This document shows positions 41,240-51,071 of a DNA stretch of 64,000 bases, piece by piece. Origin of the DNA: Octopus sinensis (taxonomy: Eukaryota). A program made the position numbers and the translations under genes. The stretch spans positions 53,444,001-53,508,000 of the forward strand of contig NC_043008.1 in NCBI RefSeq assembly GCF_006345805.1, written 5' to 3'. The notes under the pieces are model-generated. The model made no database searches. It saw nothing but the letters and a program-made list of their open reading frames with translations, and had not been told where the DNA came from. The first letter of the stretch is position 1. Every line of letters starts with the position of its first letter.

Positions 41240-42260
41240 GTATCCGCCTAACTACGAAACTTACTCTGCTAGGGACAGCAACAGAAAGCACTGGATGAAG
41301 AGGAATTGGCCTTCAAGATCCGACCTCAAACCTGGTGACCCCAACATTCTACACGAGCCACTTGTTGACATAAAAAGAATGATATGAAGGTCATAAAGGA
41401 ACGACATCAGGGTAGATGGGATATAAACATGATGGCTGGCTGTCACTGGAGTATGGATGGAAGCACTCCGTCGGTTACGACGATGAGGGTTCCAGTTGAT
41501 CCGATCAACGGAACAGCCTGCTCGTGAAATTAGCGTGTAAGTGGTTGAGCACTCCACAGACACGTGCACCCTTAACGTAGTTCTCGGGGATATTCAGCGT
41601 GACACAGAGAGTGACAAGGCCGGCCCTTTGAATACAGGTACAACAGAAACAGGAAGTAAGAGTGAGAGAGAGTTGTGGTGAAAGAGTACAGCAGGGATCA
41701 TCACCACCCCCTGCCGGAGCCTCGTAGAGCTTTAGGTGTTTTCGCTCAATAAACACTTACAACGCCCGGTCTGGGAATCGAAACCGCGATCCTATGACCG
41801 CGAGTCCGCTGCCCTAACCACTGGGCCATTGCGCCTCCACTACTGGAGTATAAAGTGTAATTGGCCAGGTCGTCATCCAGAGATTGCTTATATACAAAGC
41901 CAGAGGCAAAAACGAAGGTGGGATAAAGAGCCAAACCGAACGGTAATTCAATGCTAGATCACGCTAAGAAATACTATAAGCGTAAATTTTTACCTTAAAT
42001 ACTTGCACACAATTTGACCTTTTGAGGAATCGTGCAAACATTATAGTCAAGCAATGTTTTATTATCTTCTATTTTATGTAAAATTTAAAACCATTCTATA
42101 AGTACAAATTTGTTAGGTGTGGTATTTTTATGACCTTTGAAACAAAGCTCAAAAATTTGACATGATGTAGAAAAGCTGAAGTCATTTTCGGATTCAGGGG
42201 TCAAAAGATAGTCAAAAACAAGTGTCAGATTTAACTCAACGAAAATTGTGATGTCCAGTG
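41240..42260 (+). mobile_element. Internally deleted DNA-transposon-like remnant (PLVD/YQGRW transposase-like family, superfamily not assigned)
   Basis: KHWMKRNWPSRSDLKPGDPNILHEPLVD is fused to KERHQGRWDINMMA..WSIK. The putative end TTTTCGGATTCAG..GTCCAGTG-TA is at 42260. Interrupted by the SINE at 41455. Confidence 0.65.
41455..41841 (-). mobile_element. Type A SINE (tail 1), full length, 10-bp TSD
   Basis: TSD ACTGGAGTAT at 41445-41454 and 41842-41851; near-identical to 205-590. Confidence 0.92.
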
Positions 42261-42263
42261 TAA

Positions 42264-42660
42264 TCTTTATATATAAAAGTGAAGTTGTGTGTCTGTCTCC
42301 TACGATTTAGATTCCTAACTACTCCCACATTTTGCAGTGCAGTTTAACCAAAACCGGGTATCTTATAGTCGTGATTCATATCGAGCCCTTCTGGGTATTA
42401 GCGCGCGTCTACGATGAGTCTACGATTTAAAAAAAAATTTACCATCAATTTTCCCCATTTTTAATGCATTTTTTTCGCTATTATATAAGGGAAGTAACCC
42501 TCTAAAAATTTATTATTAAATCTCAGAACGTAAAAAGCTACAGTAACACACCCCCTTTGTGGTTAGCTATATTGTGATGGCTATTATACTTTACATCTTT
42601 AAAAATGCTTATATAGTTATTTCCCTTACAAACCCGAGCAAAGCCGGGCGATACTGCTAG
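42264..42660 (+). mobile_element. Non-autonomous Helitron
   Basis: A|TCTTTATATATAAAAG ... CCCGAGCAAAGCCGGG hairpin, CGATACTG, CTAG|T. Confidence 0.88.
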
Positions 42661-42769
42661 TAGTATAAAAGGGGAAAATCTGATATTATTTCAGATTTTA
42701 TCTGTAAAATGACTCTTTCAACGTATAATAATATTCATATCAACATTGGTTTTAGTACAGGGCCAGCGA

Positions 42770-42955
42770 GTTTGGGTGAAGGGTTAAGTCGATTACATCG
42801 GCCCCAATGCTCAACTGGTACTTATTCCATTGACCCCGAGAGGGGTGAAAGGTAAAGTCGAGCTCGGCGGAATTTGAATTCAGAACCTAAAGACGGCGAA
42901 ATGCCGCTAAGCGTTTTGCCCGGCATGCTAACGATTCTGCCAGCTCACCGCCTTA
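42770..42955 (-). mobile_element. Type B SINE, diverged
   Basis: AAGTCGAGCTCGGCGGAATTTGAATTCAGAAC..TCTGCCAGCTCACCGCC. Confidence 0.8.
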
Positions 42956-43034
42956 AACATTGATATTAATATTCAGTGTATTGAAACAGCAGGGAAAATC
43001 TATGCATTACAGATATCAGAGGGAAAACGTTATA

Positions 43035-43821
43035 CCTATTTCTTTACTACCCACAAGGGGCTAAACACAGAGGGGACAAACAAGGACAGACAAACGGGTT
43101 AAGTCGATTATATCGACCCCAGTGCGCAACTGGTACTTATTTAATCGACCCCGAAAGGATGAAAGGCAAAGTCGACCTCGGCGGAATTTGAACTCAGAAC
43201 GTAGCGGCAGACGAAATACCTATTTCTTTATTACCCACAAGGGGCTAAACACAGAGAGAACAAACAAGGACAGACAAACGGGTTAAGTCGATTATATCGA
43301 CCCCAGTGCGCAACTGGTACTTATTTAATCGACCCCGAAAGGATGAAAGGCAAAGTCGACCTCGGCGGAATTTGAACTCAGAACGTAGCGGCAGACGAAA
43401 TACCTATTTCTTTATTACCCACAAGGGGCTAAACACAGAGAGAACAAACAAGGACAGAGAAAAAAGGATTAAGTCGATTATATCGACCCCAGTGCGTAAC
43501 TGGTACTTATTTAATCGACCCCGAGAGGATGAAAGGCAAAGTCGACCTCGGCGGAATTTGAACTCAGAACGTAGCGGCAGACGAAATACCTATTTCTTTA
43601 TTACCCACAAGGGGCTAAACATAGAGGGGACAAACAAGGACAGACAAACGGATTAAGTCGATTATATCGACCCCAGTGCGCAACTGGTACTTATTTAATC
43701 GACCCCGAAAGAATGAAAGGCAAAGTCGACCTCGGCGGAATTTGAACTCAGAACGTAACGGCAGACGAAATGCCACTAAGCATTTCACCCGGCGTGCTAA
43801 CGTTTCTGCCAGCTCGCCGCC
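43035..43821 (-). repeat. Type B SINE tandem tetramer (one head plus 4 x ~184-bp body-tail units) with TSD
   Basis: Units start at 43035, 43219, 43403 and 43589; GGAAAACGTTATACC occurs at 43022-43036 and 43826-43840. Confidence 0.92.
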
Positions 43822-46381
43822 TTATGGAAAACGTTATACCACTAAGCCGAACATCAGTTAAATTACTGAATATATTAGGTAGCTAAACTTGCTGAAGATT
43901 TTCCCTACTGGAATCCGATGATATTGCATGGAAATGACATTGGCAAACTGTAGCATTCACTCCGAAGATTAGAGATCTATTTCAAGAACTAAACATCAAG
44001 AATGTTAGAAAAATATACATGTGTGTGTCGGAACTGCCGAAGATTTTAGGTCTCAAATATCTTTAGGTTTCTAAAATCTTCGGTGAGAAGATTTTAGGCC
44101 TCAAAACTACGCCGCCCGGTTAATTGTCAAATATTCATTTACCTATACAATAAGCATAGTCCTCTTCATATTGACTACTGTACTGATACAATAAAGGTTT
44201 CTGTTTACATGAACCTTCAAGGAACATCTCACCGTTATATAATCCTACCTCCACTCCTCCGCCATCATTTCTCTGTAACATTCAATTAGCCGTTATTTAA
44301 TTTTTTCCTACTGAGATGGTAGGCCTCTCAAAGTCTCTGCATCTGTTGATGTTTATTCATAATAGCCTCAATTTCTAACAAAACATGTTTAACATTACGT
44401 AGCTGTGACTTCATCATTCTGGAATGTCTGAAAAAGTCGTAGCTACCTCCACTCGTTCTCCGACTACAAAGAAAAAAACTTACATCAGAGCAATGGAAGG
44501 CATTTTAGACTTTAGAAAGCAAAAAGAGTATTGAAACAGTAAATCAATTTATTTAATCAATAGCTGTCCTAAGATAACACGATACATTCGGACTTAGCTT
44601 CAAACGTCAAATAAACATCGACACAAACGGAAACGTACTGTAATAGCACTAAAGATGGCGGCTACAAAGAATAAAGACAAATCGATACAAACCAAGGTGG
44701 TGAATTAGCCGAGTTGTTGGGGTGTTGGGTGAAATTCCTTCGCGTTAATTAATGCGACGCTCTGAGTTCAATTCCTGGTGAGTTTAACTTTATTTTAACT
44801 CGCTTCGATGAAAACCAAAGTTGATAAGAATGAAGTACGAGTTAAGTATTGTACTTGAACTAAATTTTATCTCTTTCTTTTGTTCTATAAATCATTTATT
44901 TGAAGGGACACGAAGTGCGTTCCCGTCATGAACGCACTGATATTATGTGGGAAGGACAATATGTGAATTACACAAAATAATCTTACAATATGGATATGAT
45001 GTAACAACAGCAGATAGAAAATGTAGCATCTCAAAAAATAAGCATTTACTGAAATATCAGAGAGAGAGAGAGAGAGAGAGATCGTAAAAAGACTTGTTAG
45101 AAAAGGTTCAACGTTTGAAGGAAAAAAAACATGAACGCTTCTTTAAATAGAAGGAACGATTTATAAGAAGAACGGCGATAACATTATATAGAAGATAAAA
45201 TAAATCAAACATAATAGATATTAGAATCAGCTCCAAAACTAGAAATAGAAATATACAGGGATGAGTTATGAGGAAAATGTCAGCCACAGCAATAACATAA
45301 ATAAATAAATAATGATAATGGAAGAAATATATTGAAGGAAAGAGCAGGAAATAGAAGAACGAGAATAACAGAATATATCAAGTGATGAATGAACTTAATG
45401 TTGAGAGTACAGAGTAACAGAAAAAAAATTAGGAATTTGTAGATTGTCAAACATTTGACAGAAATATCTTACGAATACACATATGGTATGTCTCTCAATA
45501 AACTGATCACGCAACAACGAGCAAGCCTGTGTGTGGTCGTTAGAAATGCTAGAAACAGAAACGCCATCTCCTCCAAATGATATTTTGTTCTAAATGAAAA
45601 ACATACAGAATAATGCTGTTATCGTTTCTTATTCTTGCCCAGGAAGAAAAAGCAGTGGCCACGACCGCTTTTGAGGGTCACTAAGAATGTCGGGAGAAAA
45701 AAAAGAAGAAAGGTATTCTCAAACCGCAGACCTGAACTGAACGCTTGCAACCGAGAGAATTTAGCTAAACACCTCGTGACCCTTGTGATGCAATTAAGCA
45801 GAGCAACTAAATATGTGTACTAAAATTGCGTTTCACTAGGAAATATGAGATCGTCAGAACTGGAACGCCTTACATCTTCTTGGTAGTAAGTTACTTTATA
45901 GCCAGTAACAACATCGATCAGAGAAACAAGCAGACTGGTCCATGGAAGGCAGAACAACACTCATACCTAGATTAGAAATATAGATTTCAGAAAAAATTAT
46001 GGATAAATTCAATTTAGTCTTCTAACAATGTCATTGCCTCGAAGTTTATTGTTTTATCTGTTGGAAATAAAAGCAACGCTCCTTTCAAATTACACACTTT
46101 CATCTTAGGAAAATATAGAGCTGATATTGTTAAAGAAAATAAGATCACTGGATAGTTAGAGATAGAGCGCTTTTGATCAAAGTGTTGCACTAAGGCCTCT
46201 AAGAAGGAGGCTCGGCTGGCTCATTGGTGTTGGCGCCAGAAAGCTAAAGAAGATACATTAATATCTGATGGAAATTTATTAAGAAATAAATATCAGTCAC
46301 CTTGAAGTTTGAAACAATGCTACCTTCAATATTTACATTATTTACATTTGACGGATATTTGTCATCTTCTTGTTTGTTGTT

Positions 46382-46427
46382 AACACAACGTTTCGGCTGA
46401 TATACCCTCCAGCCTTCATCAGGTGTC
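46382..46427 (-). ncRNA. Minimal type I hammerhead ribozyme, intact core
   Basis: GACAC CTGATGA A GGCTGG AGGGTATA TCAGCC GAAA CG T T GTGTT: stem I 5 bp, stem II 6 bp, loopless palindromic stem III (AACGTT). Confidence 0.8.
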
Positions 46428-46430
46428 TTG

Positions 46431-46524
46431 CCGACTGGCATACGGCGTAGTGGTTAAGAGCGTGGGCTACTCACACCAAGATACCGGGGTCGATTCCAAG
46501 CAGGGACCTGAATAAAAATAATAA

Positions 46525-46558
<34 letters not shown>

Positions 46559-46735
46559 GTGATAACAACATCGAAAAATACATTAGGAATGAGAACCCAG
46601 GTTCAAAATTTCCCCAAGACACCACTTGAAGGCTGGAGGGCATATCAGCCGAAACGTTGTGTTAACAATAAACAAGATGAGGACAAATATTCGTCAAATG
46701 TAAATAATGTAAATAATGTAAATAATGTACATAAT
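46431..46735 (+). mobile_element. tRNA-headed SINE with hammerhead-bearing tail
   Basis: A box GGCGTAGTGG (46444-46453), B-box-like GGGTCGATTCC (46487-46497), (AAT)n linker, HHR motif 46618-46663 (core mutated to CACTTGA) and (TGTAAATAA)n tail. Confidence 0.75.
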
Positions 46736-47092
46736 CTCCCCTCTCTTAAATATAGAACTGTAATACTACCTTCAGTTTTTTTTTTCTAATTATTTTTCTC
46801 CATCTTGCAAAATTTCTCTCGCAGAACATGATCGGCAAGGCAATTTTGAGGAAGAGAAATATAGACCACGTGCTTCAACCAGGTGTCACTAGAATGACGA
46901 GTCAGTATGGCAGGGTAGCATGAAACATGTTTTCGCTAATTGTTTTCTGTGAGAATGTCGACGCGAGACAGAGATAAACATTTTCTTTGTCTGCTATCTT
47001 ACCGGCTTCTAAAACGTGACTATTGAAAGGAGGAAGAGAGGGAGAGTTGCAACGGCACCCAGCTAGCATTCATTTAGAGTAGAAATCAGAGT

Positions 47093-47395
47093 GTGGAGGC
47101 GCAATGGCCCAGTGGTTAGAGCAGCGGGCGCGGTCGGAGAATCGTGGTTTCGATTCTCAGACCGGGCGTTGTATGTGTTTATTGAGCGAGTACACCTAAA
47201 AGCTCCTCGGGGTTCCGGCAGGGGATGGTGGTGACCCCTGTTGAACTCTTTTGTCACAACTTTCTCTCACTCTCTCTTCCTGTTTCTTGAGTAACGATGC
47301 GATGGACAGGCGTCCTGCCCAGCTGGGGGGGGAGACACATACGCCACAGAAACCGGGAAATCGGGCTCATGAGCCTGGTTAGGCTTGAAAAGGGC
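47093..47395 (+). mobile_element. Type A SINE head with tail 2
   Basis: GTGGAGGCGCAATGGCCCAGTGG head; GCGATGGACAGGCGTCC..CATACGCCACAGAAACCGGGAA..GGCTTGAAAAGGGC tail. Confidence 0.85.
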
Positions 47396-47819
47396 GAAAA
47401 GAAAGAAATCGAAGTAACGTGAAATGAAGTACTTTGCTCAAGGATATTACACTTCGCCGGATCCAGAAATCGAACCTACAGATTTATGATCACGAGACGA
47501 ATACCTTAACCGTTAGGCCAAGCGGCGTCTTAATCAGAAAAAAAAAAAAACGACTCATGAAGATATAAAGTAATTTCCCCTCAGACAATATACTTATTAG
47601 CAAAGAATGCAACAGAGCAAATATCACTGAACGCAATCGAGGATGAAAGAGCAGACGGTCACGTTAAATCGAACGATTGATGACATCCATCTCCTTCTAA
47701 CAGATGCAATCCGTGGATCTTCCGTACAACTTACGCATCACGATCTTTACCTTTCACTCGTTTCAGTCACGGGACTGCAGCCATGCTGGGGCATCGTGTA
47801 TACGTACATACATATATAT

Positions 47820-47891
<72 letters not shown>

Positions 47892-47981
47892 GGTGAATGA
47901 ATTATTCTATGTTTATCGCCAGCATGGAAAATTCGAGAGTAAAGGAATTTTGTTAACATCTTCGTTCGACTCCATTCTTTC

Positions 47982-48046
<65 letters not shown>

Positions 48047-48260
48047 AGAGAGTATATATATATATATAATATGTGTATATATATATATAATATATATATA
48101 TATATAAATGCAAAAAACAGTAATAATAATAAAATAATAACAGGACATCACAACAGGCATCTTTCGATTGGAGACGAATTGAATTCAGCTGGCGTGTCCG
48201 TTTTTCCGTCTTTGTTTCGTATATATTCGTAGCTTTTTTTAAAGGAATCTAATGCTCTTA

Positions 48261-48420
48261 GCTTAGTTTTTCCTTGGGGCTGGCCAGATTGGAGCAATCT
48301 CAAGATTAATCAGCCGAAATTTCGAGGATGATCCGGTTCTTGACTGAAGATTAAAGGTTTCGATTGACCCGTCCGTGTTTTTTGTATCGTCTTCTGGATG
48401 TTTTGCGTTCTTGCCTCATT
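48261..48420 (+). repeat. Interspersed repeat, second copy at 59281-59440
   Basis: Both begin GCTTAGTTTTTCC(T/C)TGGGGCTGGCCAGATTGGAGCAATCTC and end at a (TA)n tract. Confidence 0.7.
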
Positions 48421-48451
48421 TTGTATTTATATATATATATATATATATACA

Positions 48452-48833
48452 TCTCTCTATATATAAACGGCAGTTTGTCTGTGCGTTTTCTGTGTGTCTG
48501 TTTTCTCGTACCCTCACTCTGACCACGGTTTTCAACCGATTCTGATGAAACTTGACACACACATAGCCAATGTCATAATTCAAAACTAACGCAGCGAAAA
48601 TTTTGAAAAGTTCCCCCAGTTCTGAAAAAAATCGATAAATTCGACATGGGGTCGAGAATCAGAAACCCAAACCACAGACCGTCTAGGGGACGCAACTCCA
48701 CCTTTTTTCACTCTCAAAAAAATTTACCATCATTTTTTAACCATTTTTTTGCTATTTTTTGGCTATAACTCTCTAAAAATGCTTTATAGTTATTTCCCTT
48801 ACAAACCTGAGCAACGCCGGGCGATACTGCTAG
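48452..48833 (+). mobile_element. Non-autonomous Helitron
   Basis: A|TCTCTCTATATATAAAC ... CCTGAGCAACGCCGGG CGATACTG CTAG|T; the 3' ~65 bp are shared with 42264-42660. Confidence 0.88.
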
Positions 48834-49054
48834 TTGTATATATATATATATATATATATATGTGTATATATATATATATATTGTATTTATATATATATTA
48901 TATATATATATATTATATATAGAGGGCATTATACATACATGCCAGGAGGCATTATACATACATGCCAAACGCTAAGAGGGACAATCAGTCATTTCTACCA
49001 AAAATATTACTAATCCACCGAATGCAATTTTTCAAAGTAAGACATTTAAAATAT

Positions 49055-49102
49055 AGACCTGTATCACAGTGATTTCATACTTACGTAATCATCAGCAGGC
49101 CT
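49055..49102 (-). ncRNA. Complete type I hammerhead ribozyme (left arm, minus strand)
   Basis: Exact reverse complement of 49619-49666. Confidence 0.82.
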
Positions 49103-49618
49103 GAATGTATTATAAATAAACAACGACCCTGCCTCGCTTAAGCCGATCAGCTAACTGATCAACATCAACGAAGCACATGGGTGATTTTATATATATTACA
49201 TCCGGGTAAATGGCAAACTTTTACGAATTGCATTTCGGGAGAGGAAAAGTTTTTTCGGAATAAAAATTTAGCAATTAAGGACAACTACTTAATAAGGAAA
49301 ACTTAACAAGAAATTGCCAGGTAGATAGCGTAAAAACCTCGTAAGAGAAAAAAATATAATTATTTTCGAATTTTTTCTCTTATGAGGTTTTTACGCTATC
49401 TACCTGACAATTCTTGTTAAGTTTTCCTTATTAAGTAGTTGTCCTTAATTGCTAATTTTTATTCCGAAAAAACTTTTCCTCTCCCGAAATGCAATTCGTA
49501 AAAGTTTGCCATTTACCGGATGTAATATATATAAACTCACCCATGTGCTTCGTTGATGTTGATCAGTTAGCTGATCGGCTTAAGCGAGGCAGGGTCGTTG
49601 TTTATTTATAATACATTC

Positions 49619-49666
49619 AGGCCTGCTGATGATTACGTAAGTATGAAATCACTGTGATACAGGTCT
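49619..49666 (+). ncRNA. Complete type I hammerhead ribozyme (right arm, plus strand)
   Basis: AGGCCTG CTGATGA T TAC GTAA GTA T GAAA TCA CTG TGA T A CAGGTCT: 7-bp stem I (one G-U), intact core, GNRA loop II, stem III, AUA triplet (predicted cut 3' of A49659). Confidence 0.85.
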
Positions 49667-49931
49667 ATATTTTTAAATGTCTTACTTTGAAAAATTGCAT
49701 TCGGTGGGATTAGTAATATTTTTGGTAGAAATGACTGATTGTCCCTCTTAGCGTTTGGCATGTATGTATAATGCCTCCTGGCATGTATGTATAATGCCCT
49801 CTATATATAATTAATATGTTCAATAAGAAATAATTATTTTCGAAATTTTTTCTCTTATGAGGTTTTTACGCTATCTACCTGACAATTTCTTGTTAAGTTT
49901 TCCTTATTAAGTAGTTGTCCTTAATTGCTAA

Positions 49932-49977
<46 letters not shown>

Positions 49978-49993
49978 GCTTTCTTGTTTGGAT

Positions 49994-50054
<61 letters not shown>

Positions 50055-50349
50055 TAGCGGCGTACGTACACTTTGTTCTCTTATGTATATATATATATAT
50101 ATATATATATGCACGAATAGGGTGTATAAGGAAACAGTACGTTGCTAGAAATAAGAGCTAAATCGCTCTAATGTTGAAGTTAACGCACATGAAATAAAAC
50201 ATGTACATTAACATATACCATAACCGTCCGAAAAGAACCGATAGATAGATAGATAGATAGATAGACAGACAGAGAAATCGATCGATAGATACATACATAC
50301 ATACGTACGTACATATATACATACACACACACATACATACATACATACA

Positions 50350-50383
<34 letters not shown>

Positions 50384-51071
50384 CATACATACATACATAC
50401 ATACATACAGAGACAAATGAAGAAAATATGCCTAGTTTCCACCTGCTAAATTCTACTCACGAGGTATTGGACACCTCTAGGCTATGGTAAATGACACGTA
50501 CCTGAACAACCCTTTAGTTTAATCGACATAGACACGTGAGCTACCCTTGGGCTTAAACGCCTTAGACGCGTGCAAATACCTTGACCGCCCAGCAGTAACA
50601 ACCATTTTTTAATTTTATTTACGACTTAGATATTGTTGGTGATGGCTTGGGAAATGCTTAAAATATTTTGTGCTCTGCCAGGAATTGGCTTACCGAATAA
50701 ACATAATGACGTATACATTCATACCTGTCTGTGGAATCTGTCTTGTATTATAACTTTATTTATGAAGAACTGGTTTTTAATTTCATATTTCTTTCTACCC
50801 CCCCGCTCCCCCAACCATTTCCTCTGCATTACTTATGAAGTTTTGTATTTTTCTTGGTCTTTCCTAAAAGTTTGTTAGGTTGTTTAGAGGTCAATAGTGC
50901 GAACACAGGCCCAGTCATGGAGTTAAGAAGTCAGCTTTGCTATCCTGTGCATCTGGTTCAATCTCGGGGTAGTAAACTCTGGAAGTGTCTCAGGGAAACT
51001 TTTGGATTCTGGGTTCAGTTTCACTGCGTCATGATTTGGATAAGTGTCTTTTATTATAGCCATGGGCTTAA

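Larger units (their letters stand above)
48912..49811. repeat. ~900-bp near-perfect palindrome (arms ~440 bp, ~16-nt spacer at 49355-49370)
   Basis: Arms read as reverse complements from AGAGGGCATTATACATACATGCC to GGCATGTATGTATAATGCCCTCT with only a handful of substitutions and homopolymer indels. Confidence 0.95.

Noticed and set aside
48540-48560. CTGATGAAAC inside the Helitron
   Set aside because: No stem II between the motifs; part of the Helitron internal sequence.
49195-49350. Weak peptide resemblance (QLLNKENLTRNC) of the palindrome arm to a PLE GIY-YIG C-terminus
   Set aside because: Needs several frameshifts and too few identities to call by eye; a profile-HMM frameshift-aware search would decide.
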